A stretch of 55,248 nucleotides of DNA, the filler included, from Ionaspis alba (lineage: Eukaryota), in the NCBI GenBank assembly GCA_964255285.1. It is 2 parts of 2 records of this genome, joined end to end, with 100 filler letters (N's around TTAATTAATTAA, not from the genome) between each part and the next. Parts side by side here need not be neighbours in the genome. Positions count along the whole stretch, not along the records: positions 27,719 to 55,248 come from CAXUUL010000137.1; 1 more part is not named here. One strand, 5' to 3'. The notes under the pieces were generated by a model. The model saw only the letters and a list, made by a program, of their open reading frames with translations. It did not search any database and was not told the DNA's origin. Both the position numbers and the translations under genes were made by a program. The number at the start of each line of letters is the position of its first letter. The stretch's first letter is position 1. Of this stretch, positions 36,176 to 48,992 are shown piece after piece.

Positions 36176-37020
36176 TCATACAGAACCCATCCTGTTCTTA
36201 TACTCTCTCGGGCTCTCAAAGTCCCCCTTCTTCCCACTCCAAATGCCCTTCCTCCTCTTCTTAGCCCACCACTCCGCTTTTCGATATTTGTCCTCCAAAT
36301 CCCCAAACTCCGCTCCGCTCTTCGCCTCATACACAGTCGCGAGCCCTTTCTTCAGCATCTGCAGTCCAACATCCCTCCGCAGCAACCACCTCCGCACATA
36401 GACCGTTGCGACCGCCCGATCATACTGATCCTTCTTGTAGACGTAGGCGCGCACCCGGCGATGGATCACATAGGCTGTGAGCCAGTCGAACGCTTCCTTC
36501 GCTCCTGGCTGCGCAGGCCGGCCAAAATGTGAGCCCTCAGGAGCGTCGATGCCGGCGAGACGGATGGAGATCTATAGATTCGCAATGATCCGATTAGCGA
36601 TTTGCCCAATTCCAACCACGCTTCTTCTATGCTTCTACGTACTGTCTTGTCCTTCAGCGCTTTGCCCTTGGGTATGCTCCTGCCAGGGAACCATCCCCAT
36701 CCGGCCAACCTTCCCCCAGGTGTGTGAAACAGCCTCAAACCATCCCCATCGCCTACACTAGTGACTTGGCCAAAGATCGATCTCTTTCTCCAGAAAGACG
36801 TCGATATCTTAGCAGCACCTGGTATTCGTCGTAGGTATAAACGGTAGAGGCGTGCAGAGACCAGGATCGTGCTTGTTATTACTGCAGTGGGTATGAGCAC
36901 ATCGGGAGACGTGAAGCGTGCCCAATTACTTGGTAGCACTGAGGAGGTCCATGAGCTAGAGTTTTTCTTCGGCTTACTGTTGTCTTCTTGTACAGCGGAC
37001 GACCATGGCGGCCATCGCAT
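36176..37020 (-). CDS. LCL3: Probable endonuclease Lcl3 (staphylococcal nuclease-like); 2 exons
   Basis: [79 protein letters not shown]. Confidence 0.93.
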
Positions 37021-37211
37021 TGCGGTGCGGTGGTGTGGGGACCGGAAGTCGTCTAGATCGGTCTATGCGACGAGGGGAGATTTACATACGGGGAAACAAG
37101 CGCGTTGCCGAAACCCTGACCTAGCTCCCGCTGTCAATCTGCAACTTCTCTCGACAGCAGCTTTCGAATCCTACATTTCTTGACTGTAGACCACCAACTT
37201 CACCATCCATA

Positions 37212-37597
37212 ATGATCGATGAGCGTGCCCTCGCTATAAATCCAATTGTCCCTGAGTCCGTCCTACACAATGCCCAGGTACTTGTCGATCCCCCGTTGAG
37301 ATCCAAATGCTCAACCGTCTAATCTCTGAACAGGTCGTATCACAAATCCGCTCCCTCACGGCATCCCTCTTTGGCATTGCAGCCGGTATTCTCGGACTTG
37401 AATCTTATCCAGGCTTCCTATTCTATCTCTCGGGAACGTTACTTGTGAGCGCATTGATATGGGCTGTTCTAGCGCAAAGGAAACCGGAAAAGTTCTTTGA
37501 GAGTCAACTGGGTGGATTGTGGGGAAAGGACGTCATCGGAGGCTTGAGTAGTTTCGTTTTGACTTGGACGCTGTTCTATGGCTTAGTGAGAAGTTGA
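37212..37597 (+). CDS. EMC6: ER membrane protein complex subunit 6; 2 exons
   Basis: MIDERALAINPIVPESVLHNAQ|VVSQIRSLTASLFGIAAGILGLES..GLSSFVLTWTLFYGLV. Confidence 0.9.
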
Positions 37598-37924
37598 TTG
37601 CCTTAGATATAAGAGGGACGAATGGATACTCGCAACTCCGCTCTTGGAGAAGCGGCACAGGGGACAAACGAAACGTACGATCGTTGCCTCATGGCGGGGC
37701 TCTGACTGTGATGGATGATAGTGAATAGATATGCCTGAGGGAAGATCTACACAACCAACCGGATGTTTTGGTGTGGGCATAGGACGGGAGCTAAGTTTCG
37801 GGCATGTTAAGCATAGCTGCATGGCTGAACAAGGCCAATCTTGACATATAAATATAGAAGTGTCTGTCCTGTTGTTGAAAGCCCGTTCCGAGATGGCATG
37901 AATTCGTGTTGTTTTCTCAGAAAT

Positions 37925-40900
37925 CTATGCTACGTCTACAAAAGCTCTCTTCTTCCTCCCTTTCCCCTTCTCATCCTCCTCCCAAGTCTCTTCATCCACA
38001 TACTCCTTCGTCCCCTTATCCCGTACCTGGTTCCCAACAAACCTCAGCGCAGCAAGATTGAATCCCATCTCGTCCTTCTGCTGCTGCAATGCTTTTCGTA
38101 GTGTTTCTCTAATGGCATCCAACATTGGCCTCATGGTTCTACTAGCAACGATCTGACGGTGATGCGTTTTTAGCATGAAGAACAGTATTCTGCATGTCAA
38201 CGGCATATTCCATTGCTTCTCCGCCCACATACGTAAAAAAGTGAAGAATGCAGTCACTTTTTCGAAAGAAAGGACTAGGAGAGCATCCTGTAAGGCAGCG
38301 GCCGTGATCTTCTGCACCACCGATAGAACATGTGCTTCGGCTGAGATATTACCATAAGCCATAAAAATAGGGTTTCGTTGCGGCTGGCCAATGTTCGGCT
38401 GTGTAGCTTTCGTCGTCTGCCATTCTCGCATGATTTCCAGATCCGCCATACCGATCTCCAGAGCTTCAGCAATCTTCTCGCCTGCCATGAGTGTCTCCCC
38501 CGTTTGCTTGCCGGCAGCAGCGACCTCGGTCTGTTCCTCTCCCGTCTCTTCCTCTTGCTCCAGAGATGTAGTGAGAGTGTTTTCGTAGAGCTCTTCGAGT
38601 TCCTTCTCCCGCTCTTCTTCCAGAAAGATCTGTTCATCGGTCTGCTGCCAGACACGGATGCTCTTGTCGTGGCTAGCACTGACAAGAAATTCGCCCGTCC
38701 TACTTACCGCAATCGCCCATATCTCTCCATGGTGGCCGTCCAGTCGTTGAATCTGCTCGAATTTATCGCCATCCCAGTATTTGATCATGCGGTCTTTGCT
38801 GGCGCTGAAAAAATGATGGCCATTGCCGTCTTGATTGTGAGGAACAAATGCAACCTGCATAATGCTGTCTTGGTGGGCGAAGAAGGCTTTATGGCAATCT
38901 CCGAAATCCAGCCCCCAGAGACGGACATTCTTGTCAGCGGAGCAGGTCACAATAAGTTTGCTGTCGTACGAGATGTCCATGTTCAGAACGGGTAGTTTGT
39001 GGCCATAGAGGTTCAGGAAGAGCTTGAGAGAGTCTACGAAAAATACCTTGACGGTATTATCGAGAAGAGCAACGGCTAGAAGTCGAGAATCTGGGGAGTA
39101 TCGAATGCTCAGGATGTCATCAGAAACTTTGAGCGTGCGCGTATGGACGAGTTTTAGCCGAGGCGTGGTTCGTCTTGTACCTGGGATCTCTTCTTGTATA
39201 ATATCAAAGGTCCAGAATTTTGCGGTCTTATCTGCACTGCCCGTCACCACAGACTTGCCATCCGGATGAACGTGCAATGTCCAGACTGGTCCATCATGGG
39301 CTTTGACGGTCTCGATCAACGTCGACGACGCAATGTCGAATAATTCAAGCTCACCATTTCGATTTCCAACAACGACGATCTTGTCGCCAGGGAGAAATGC
39401 CGAGCACAGAGCGTAGCCACAGTCAAGAGTCCGTATGCAGTTTTGTGTTCTTACGTTCCACACTTTCAGACTGCCGTTAGAGGCTGTAGCCACCATCCTA
39501 TCATCCGAGCTCAAGGCTACTGCACGAACATCCGTACGATGGCCAGGCATATCGACGGAGAAAGTGCGGTTGTAGTCGGGGGGCTCATCCGACTTGCTCT
39601 TCTTTTCTCTCTGCTTCACAGGGATGTTGTAGATCTCCAATTGATTATTGGTGGTTGCCACGAGCATTTGAAGTCCTTTTCTGGTGCTTGTACCTGACCA
39701 ATCTACTGACCGTACCTTGCCAGTGGTTCGAACAATCACATATGGAATGATAACATCGGAGATCTCGGCAACCGATGTATCTTCTACCTCATCTCGTTCT
39801 GTCTGGCCTTCGCCATTCACCTGGTGGTCTTTCGAGTCTGCCAACGCAGCTTTCTCTCGCCGTCTTTTACGTTTTCTTGCCAGTGCTTTCTGTATCTCAC
39901 TTTCTGGCCGTATTCTCCACAGTTCGACGGCTTTATCCGAGCCATGAACTGCAAGATAGCTTCCTCGAGCATGAAATGCGACGCCTTGAGCCCGATCTTT
40001 TCCTTGTCGGTAGAGCGTTCCCCGCTCATGAAGGTACCTCTTCTCTGAATCCTCGGTCACTTGGACGGAGATTGCTTTCAAGCCCTTGATATCGATCGAC
40101 CACGTTTTGAGCTCTCCATCGTTACCGGCAGTGATACAACTGTCGCCACCTGGAGAAACCCCCATCGACCAACATTCTCCATTGGTCTGCGCAACGTGAG
40201 TTTCCATACAATGCTGAGCTCCCAGATCCCAGATCTTGATCAAAGCATCCCTGCTCGTTGTTAGAAGAAAGCCAGAACTTTCATCAGAACTTTGTAAGTG
40301 ACCATTCATGGCAGGAATTGGGTCAGCACTCTCAACGTCTGCTCCCGTCTCCTGCAGTGCGTTGGGGTTGAGAAAGTGAATACCAGTTATCTGATTTTTG
40401 TGACCTCTTAGTTTGAAAAGCCCGACTTCGGCGACAAGATCCCATAGTATAACATCTGTGTCTTGCGCACCACTAGCTAGTCGAACACCAGACTCGTCGA
40501 AAGCTAACGCTGTGATGCCTGATCGATGCCCATTGAAGCTTATAATGATTGTCGCTATCCGAGAATCCCAAATCCGTATGCTTCCATCGCCATAACTGAG
40601 GAAATTCTTTAGCATAGTATACAGGTAATGTGCTCGGATGTCTTCAACTTACCCAACGGCATAGATGTCTGGAACGGCCTTGCTTTGCGCAATAGCAGAA
40701 ACCTCAGCGTTGCAGCCTCCGTCTTTCCACCTGCTCAGAAGCTCCCCCTTCTTCACATCCCAGCAAAGTACCTCCTCGTCCGCACCAACAATGGCTCTTC
40801 CGGCTCCTGTAGATCGAGTATTGGTATTCGGCGCATTTTCATCAGGGCTCCAGACAATGTTCGAGGAAGCAGATGTTATGAGACCAAAAGTCTTAGAATG

Positions 40901-40982
40901 CTCATACTTTCTAAGTCCGTCAGCCCACAGTCTCACTATATGTAAAGCTGGCAGAACGTACTTACAAGTAGGATTTCACCAT
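37925..40982 (-). CDS. UTP12: SSU processome WD40 protein Utp12/Dip2; 3 exons
   Basis: MVKSYL|KYEHSKTFG start; many WD40 repeats; LNLYGHKLPVL, DFGDCHKAFFAHQDS; C-terminal GFNLAAL. Confidence 0.96.
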
Positions 40983-41214
40983 CTTTTTATTTAAACTCCT
41001 GATGAGTGGAAACTTTTTGTCGATATCTCGGGTTATCGTCGGCAGCCCACTTCTAGCGTGAAGCCCTATGGACACGCGGAATCTATCCCACGAGCTTGAG
41101 TCCTATTGTTTGGCACGCACATACTGTTTGATAATACACATGAGCTTGCACTTGGAATCCCTCATTCTTCTCGCCTTGACAGAATGACATGACGATACTT
41201 TTCAGATCGCCACA

Positions 41215-42537
41215 ATGCTACTCTTAGACTACCAAAATGTGCTCATCGAAAAACTCCTCACTGAGCGCTTCTCCGGGTAGGCTCCAAGTCCCAATTGACT
41301 CAAAAAATCGCCTCTTATTATTTTTAACAGGGCAGCTCCAGTCTCAATCGACCAGGTTGTTTCAGACTTTGACGGCGTGACCTTCCACCTCTCCACCCCT
41401 GATTCCAAATCGAAAATCCTCATCTCCATCTCTGTCAAATGCTATAGAGAACTCCTCGAGTACGGCGCGCAACAAGTTCTAGAACGGGAGTATGGCCCAT
41501 ATATCGTGGCGCCGGAAGCAGGGTATGACTTCTCGATTGTGGTAGATCTGGAAAAGCTGCCTGGTGATCAAGGTAGGACTCCAATATTGGGAAGAGCCAT
41601 GGCAATTTCTCGGTTTGACAATTGTCCGCACAGAGGGAAAGGATGATCTTGTACGTCGAATATCACTTCTGAAACGTAACGCCATGGCCGCTCCCTTCGA
41701 ACGATCCTTCGACGAGTTCGCCCGGATGCAGGAGGAAGCCTCGAAGTATACTCGGGAGTCGGCCCCAGAAGGCGTTGCAGAAGGAGGAGAAGTCATGGCG
41801 ATTCACTACCGTGAGGAGGAGGCCATCTATATCAAGGCTAGCCACGACAGGGTTACGGTCATCTTCAGCACGATTTTCAGGGAGGAGACAGATCGGATAT
41901 TTGGGAAGGTGTTCTTGCAGGTTAGTTCACCAGGATCTCAAGATCGAGAAGAGATGGGTCTAATACCTAGCTAGGAGTTTGTCGACGCCAGAAGGAGAGC
42001 GATTCAGAATGCTCCCCAGGTGCTCTTCCGTAACGAACCACCCCTTGAGTTGCACAATGTGCCTGGTCTTGCGAATTCTAGCAAGGGCGAAGTCGGATAT
42101 GTCACATTCGGTATGCTCAACTCATGATCCGCAAAGCTTATGAGAATCTTTCGCGGCTCAATCCTTTGCAGTTCTCTTTCCACGCCATCTCACTCCGCAA
42201 CGGCGGCAAGAAAGCATTTCTCACATCCAGACATTCAGAGACTACTTCCACTACCACATCAAAGCGTCCAAAGTACTAATCCATATATTCCCTTCAATGT
42301 AAACTAGCGCTGACATCTTCCAACCGGTATAGGCCTATATCCATTCCCGAATGCGGAGACGAACCGCGGACTTCTTGCAAGGTGAGCACGGCCAACAACT
42401 GCTCCATCCCACGGCTGGCAGCCACGCTCCTCAGAAATGCTAACGCGTGAAAATTAGTCCTGAACAGAGCCCGACCTGAGAATGAAGAGAAGGAGCGAAA
42501 AACGGCGAGTGGGAGAACATTCCGTGTGCAAGGGTAG
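41215..42537 (+). CDS. ARC35: Arp2/3 complex 34 kDa subunit (ARPC2); multi-exon
   Basis: [100 protein letters not shown]; ends [13 protein letters not shown]. Confidence 0.96.
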
Positions 42538-43257
42538 AGTAGCTCAGCTTAAGCGAATAGAAAGTGAATGGAATCAGCAATGCTTAAAACCGAATCGTCC
42601 TCGTTCATGTGCAGACTACTCGACCTTCAGCGCTGTTCATATTTTCGATGACTCTAAATCTACATGCCTTGGCATATGGGGTATCCCTCAAGAATTGCAT
42701 AATCGACCTAGTACCTATTTGCCCTTTTTAAGGACTTCACCTGATCATGATCTCGTCACACTTTCCCTCTAACTTCCTGGAATCCCCCGCAATACACGAT
42801 CATGCTAGCGGTAAGGTATCGATTGATACGATCCTGATTTGATCGAAGACCAACAACACCGCCGGCAGAAGTTCGCGTAATCATTACTCGATACATCTTT
42901 CCTTAAAATTGCCATGCGGCCACCCTACGTGCCATTATGCTGTAAAGGGTGAGGCAGTGCAAGGGCGAAACAGGGAAACAGATGTTTGGAGAGTGGAGGC
43001 AAGGCGGAAAGAAATTCGTAGAGATAGCAAAGCGAGGGAAATGGTTCGACGAGGGATGAAAATACTACATGAACTATACAAGTCAGGGTGACTGTTCGCT
43101 TGCCGATCTGAGATATTTTGGGGAGGACTGTGGATGATGTGTTGTGCAAAGGCCTAAATGATGAGATTCCCATATGGATAACCGAACAAGCCTGCTTGTT
43201 CCAGAAGTAATAAAAGTGGAGCGAATATCACGTTCCTCATTCTCAACGTCCCACCCG

Positions 43258-44195
43258 TCAAGCCGGAGCTTCTTCCATAAATGGGCGATTGTCGTCAAGA
43301 AAGCTGCGTGGCATAGGTGTCAGTTTATACTCTCGGTAAGGGAGGTTGTGGACCCACTGCTGAAGATGAGGGTCCAGAGTATATCCTTCGATCTGACTAG
43401 CCCTCAGCAGCCTCTGAAAAGCCGTTCGGTGGTGGATCTCGTTGAAGCGAGGATGAGACACACTTCCGAAGCTCAGGTATGCCTCAGCTGCCTGCCAAAG
43501 GAATAAGCTACTGAGTTCTCATGATATGGTCAGGTGTTTAACGGTAAATACCAAAGTCAACAATCTACCGCTTAGCATACCCTGCGCTTCAGCACAACTC
43601 ACTGCATGATCGAAGAACTCTAGCGACGGCCGGAGAGTGTCGCGTGCTTCGACATAGTCCGCCGATGACGTTCGAGCGGTATCCTGAGCGTCGTCACTCG
43701 AAGCTCTAAAGCGGCAGCTGGAGGTCGAACTGCTGCTGGTGCCGCTGGACAAGCTACCTTCCTCGCGGTATATCTTGGCTAAAGTCTTTTGACTTTTCAG
43801 GAGCCATGCATGACCAAGATCTTGGTAACAACAGGTTAACAGGAACCAGTTGAATCGGTCGTTTGGGGAGCTTTGGCCATACCTTGCAGGACATGTACAT
43901 TATTCGGATTGTTTTGTAACAGAGCGACCCATTTTCTTTCGCACCAATTGGCGATGTAGGTCTCACCTCCAGAATCTGGGTCGTGGTACGCAAGGCGCTG
44001 CAGAGCGCCCAAAATCCTGATCTGCGGGTACAAGTCCCGAGGGAGAGGAGAGACACCGCTATCTGCTTCAAAGATAATAAAACGGGCGTTTTGTAGGTAA
44101 GATTGTAGTGCGCATGCATTATTGTCTGTGAGATCTTGCAGGCTTTCCAAGTCAGCTTCAAGCCTCAAGATTCGGTCGTTTAATTCATGGTTCAT
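43258..44195 (-). CDS. Fungal hypothetical protein, predicted alpha-helical (TPR-like); about 4 exons
   Basis: Exon ORFs joined by canonical introns: LQRLAYHDPDSGGETYIANWCERKW; LGHAWLLKSQKTLAKIYREEGS; ADYVEARDTLRPSLEFFDHAV; AAEAYLSFGSVS..EGYTLDPHLQ. Confidence 0.7.
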
Positions 44196-46306
44196 CTTAG
44201 TGTGCTTTATGTGGAAATGAAGGATAAAGGCAGTAACACAAATGGAAGCTTTGCAGGAATTTAAAGAATGTACGAAAAAGAATTAAGCTGAGAAGAATGA
44301 GAGTGTGATAGTGAAACGATGAAAGACTTTGGAGGCTAGCGAAGGGATTGATAGATATTGGATATACACGTCAATACAGGGGCTAAGGAATATGCTGGCC
44401 AGTAGATAAGCGATCCGAAGGTACAGTGTGCCTTTGGAAGAGTATAGAAAGTAGCGTCGAGGTGGCGACAGGCTACTGACCGCTCATTGCTCTTCGACAG
44501 ACTAAAGAATTGAAAGGAGTTGTGGTGGTGACAGATATGGCCGGGAGACGCAGGATGAGACGCAGTTATTGAGTATATACAACTAGGGAAAAGGAGACCT
44601 ATCATCAGCTAGGGATATTATGTACTTGCCACCTCGAGAGCTCTAGCAGCTCCTAAGTCCGAGCCCGAGCTGACGGCACACTAGTCGCTCGAGACGTGGT
44701 GCTGAGATTGGGGGTCGAGACTCATTGTATAGCAGAGTAGTAGTTGCAGAAATGCCCTAAGATTAAAGTCGGAGAAGCCGTCAGGAGAAGGTGTGCATGA
44801 CCGGGATGGATCAAGAGGTGTGTGGGAGGCCAAACCTTGACGATGTCCTGTTCGTCCAAGATATTGGGTCCAGCTAGGGCTTCGAAACCCGCAGGATTGG
44901 ACACTTCTAGAAGATGGATAGGCAACGATATCCTCGTCAGCACATTGCATGAACGTTCAGCTGAGCGGTAGGGTGAGTACATTTCGGCAGTACCAGCACT
45001 AGGCCTGAGCAAAAGGGGCATGATCGTCCTTCAACAAGAACGATAGACCCTACATGATGGATATCTGACAAATCTCATACAAAGCAGACAGAAGAAACTG
45101 TAAGTTCAGTGCAACAGTATAACGTCATCGCAGAGTAGACAGCTAACTCAAAGAAGCGATAGAAATAGGTAGCTTGAGAAGGGTAATGCGAAGCTAGAAC
45201 ATATTCACGAAAGTGGACGGATGTCTAAAGAATGATCAAGTTCAAGATAAATATCGTTCCTAGGGTTATACCGCTTCGGCTTGATTCGTACCGTATAAGT
45301 CCGTACGGCCCGAGCTTGAGGAACGTCGGAATTGTGGACATAAGGGATCGTCGCGGCAAGAGGATACGATATAGCAGAATAGCAACGGAGCCGATACATG
45401 CGATGAAGAAGTCGATTAACTCTGGCTGAATGCTGAAGAGTTGTGGCGAGAAGACGAGGACGAGAAGAAGTACTCGTCCTACGCTCTCTTTCACCGACCG
45501 CAACGAGGATTCTCAGAGTAGCAGATACTGGACAGCTTCTGTGACAGAGCTCGATTCGTCAGGCTGCCTTATTAGCGCTCTCAAAGGTATGCCCTGGGTG
45601 AGAGGCTGCTTAGCCACCGCCGTTGCTTAGCCATCGTCGTTGCGTGGTCTTTAAAGACGGATGATTAATACTTCTGTTCTGGAGGGAGGTCGAAACACGC
45701 AATCATGTAAGCAGGACCGGCAGGTCGGGTAAAGCCGTTTGAACTGCGGCCGTTTCGGCATGACGCAGCATGCCAGGGCCGAGTCTCGGAGTAGACAATA
45801 GTGACAAACAGCGACGATCTCGAAACAAACGCGTGCCACGCGCAACCCACGTCACTAGAACTACTCTAGTAGAACCCAGAACGCGGCTTGGAAAATAGTT
45901 GGCAAACCAAAATGAACTTGGGCCAGAAAATACCTGGAAGTCCACCCAATACGCACATGTCACAGGGGCCTCTTTAGCGGGCTCCTCCCCAAATTTTCGC
46001 GTGCCAGGTACCAGGGTACTCCACCCCACTAATCTGACAGATTACTGTATGTATTGTCTAATTTCCAACATCTGCATCTAGCCTCTCCTTTAGTCTGCAC
46101 AAACTAATCCAGATGCCACCAACTTCCTATGCCAGTGGTTTAATGCCCACTCGAATTATGCCACCTATGGCAACATCGCCATTGTGACTACGGGGACTGT
46201 GCGACGATCTATACCTCGTGCAGTGTTACAGCTCCTCGCGGCGCAGTCACCAGCATAGCATCAGATGTCCAACACAATGTGAGAGCACGCGCCCGTCTCA
46301 ATCACC

Positions 46307-48343
46307 ATGGAGAGTATTATCTTTCATGATTCCCCGCTGGCCCACTACCTCGAAGGTATACTTCCCACCTCTGGCTTCCGGAACTCTATGTCGTCGCTCG
46401 TCGCCACCTTGCTGAACCATCATCTAGGGCAAGGTGAAGCTAGCCATGAATGGGGAGGAGCAAAACCTGGAACTCCACCGTCTTCACCGGATTCGGTTTC
46501 TTTCGCACCCAGAGGACATCCCACAGTATACTCCAAGTTTCGAAGGAAAGCACCTAGCCTTCTCAAACTGGAGGTCCCACAAGCGAACAGTGCTGTTACT
46601 CGCTTCCACAATACCTGTTCAGTAAGAGTGATCAGAGTACCCTTCACATACGAGCAGTTACTAACATGACCTGGGTGCGTAGAGTGCGCTCAACTCTCGA
46701 CTTGGTCGCAGCGAAAATGCCCAATTCCTCGAACAGTTCAGATATACTATCATAGCCTCCCAGCTACTCAATGACCATGCAAACATAATCTCCCACAATG
46801 CCTTGAGCGCGATCGAGCGCACTGCCACAGATGTTCAAGCAGGGGAAGACCACAAGCTCAGTTTCACCCTTGTGGGTCTGTCATCCACAGCAGGAGCAGC
46901 TTTTGTCCTGGTATGGTCGATCAGTTGGGCAAGAAATGTGACAAGACTATACTCAAGTGGATGGGGGACGGTTCTACTTTTCTCTATTCTGGCCATAGCA
47001 GCAACTGGGATATACACCTTTCTCCGACGGCAATGGCTGCATTACATCCGTCAGCAAGCAATTGAAGGTGTTACCGCACTGGTGAATGATGCGCAGAACT
47101 TCGATGCTGCAACTTCCGCCGCCATTACCCTGATTCAAGAGGTTGAGCTGGTCTCCCGTGGTTATCGAATGTGAGGAGAGTACCACAACGACTGATTTAT
47201 TTCTAACCTTATGATAGAAGCACACCAATGCCTCCAATATCCCGGCTAGACGAGCAAAGCCAGACAAGGAGATGTGCGCGACTACGACGCACTCTGAAAA
47301 CCTCTCTCAACTCCATGTTGACTCCATACGCCGACGCATACCAGACCTTGCGGCCCCTGGCAGTGGAAGTCGACCTCGAACGCTACCACGACATTTACGA
47401 GATCAGCGTCTCCGACATCCAGGACGTCACCAACCTATCCCCCTCGAGCCCCACCGCACCCGTTCCCCACGAAGACCTCAAAACCCTCAAAATTACCCTC
47501 CACAAGCTGCACATCCTCCGCAAACTCTTCCTCTGCAGCCTGCTCGCCCTCGACGCCAATGGCGGCAAACCCGACTTTCTTCGCTGGACCACTGCCACTG
47601 AAATAATGCACACCCTCTCCACCAAAACCGCAGAATCGGCTCTCAACCTCACCAAAATCCTCAGTGAGGAACAGCGCTTCTCCCTTCCCCCAACCCCGAA
47701 ATATCCTCTCACACCAGCCCGGGAGCGCATGCGTGCCCAGATGCGTAAACTTACCTCCCTTTCCCATGGTATTCGCGGCTTGCAGGCGAAAATGCATATC
47801 TTGCGCGAAGAGTCTGACGCCGCGCTCGATGGTGCCTCGGATGATGTGAGCACGCTGGGAGGGAATCTGATGGGACAGTATGACTCCATTGGTGCAGATC
47901 TTCGGGCGCTGATGCAGGAGTGGGAGGAGGGGAGACTGGCGCTGGCGGTTGGTATCGATCGGAACGAGCGGAGGGTGAGTATGCGCAGTGACGGAATGCT
48001 GCATTCACGGTCAACGACGCCGAGTAGTCTGGGAGGCTTGACAGCTGTGGGTGGAGGCAGTCCGAGTGAGGCGTTGAAGATTCTGAGCGGGGAGGGACTG
48101 GAGGGCGCGGAGAAGATGGAGGTGCCTAGTGAGGATGAGGAGGTCTTTGAAGCTGTGGCGTTGCCACGGCAGAGGAGTACGTTGACGAGAGAGGAGAGGC
48201 TGGCGAAGATGAGGGAGGAGAGGGTTAGGGCTGCGGTGTTGAGGGAGAAGGCGGATGCGAGTGGGAATATGTTGAAGGAGTTGGAGACCGTTATTAAGCT
48301 TAGGCCGAGGGGGAGGACGACGGGCAGGATGACGAGTGTTTGA
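46307..48343 (+). CDS. vezA: Vezatin-like myosin-binding domain membrane protein; about 4 exons
   Basis: MESIIFHDSPLAHYLEG; FLEQFRYILIASQLL; two TM helices; ITLIQEVELVSRGYR; PPISRLDEQSQTRRCARLR; LRKLFLCSLLAL; MLKELETVI. Confidence 0.85.
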
Positions 48344-48992
48344 GGAGTTGCGGTAGGGGTCGTGGGGTTGAGCTTTGTTATGTCCAGGAAGCGCGTCGAC
48401 GTTTTACTTCGCTTCACCTGGCTCGGGGATTGATATATGAGAATGGGTATGTATATGGATGGGGTGATGACGGGGATCTGGATGACATGACTGTAAGATA
48501 CGAGGGCACTGGTCTTTTCTCTCTTGCCTTTGTTTATACCATGCATCATAAGCTTCGTTTAATACTGGCATAATGAGGGTATACATGGGCATGGTAGAGA
48601 GCTTTGCATACATAGACGCTGGGCTGCATTATCAGAGCATTGTATACTATCTGTAACATTTAGAGCGATAGCTTTATCGAGGTCTTCAATTTCCTTTTTC
48701 GGATTGCATGCAAATGAATCAATTGAATAGACATTTTGAGATGCTCACGCTTCGACGTACGAAAATGTATATTCGTTTCTATTCCTCCTACGAAAAAGAA
48801 GCACAACACTACTGGCTCCCCACTCCTTGCGCCCCATTTCCTCGCGATCTATGCACCACAAGCTCCAAACCCAAGATACTGGTACACGGAAGAGACAAAG
48901 GAAAAAGCGCTCAGATCGGAACTCCAGAACAAATGTTCACATCCCCTCTTTCCCTTGCCCATCCCACTCCAGATCTACCATCCGGGCACCGC

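Noticed and set aside
47395..48549. 384-aa antisense ORF over vezA
   Set aside because: Antisense shadow of a conserved gene with skewed codon usage; no recognisable motifs
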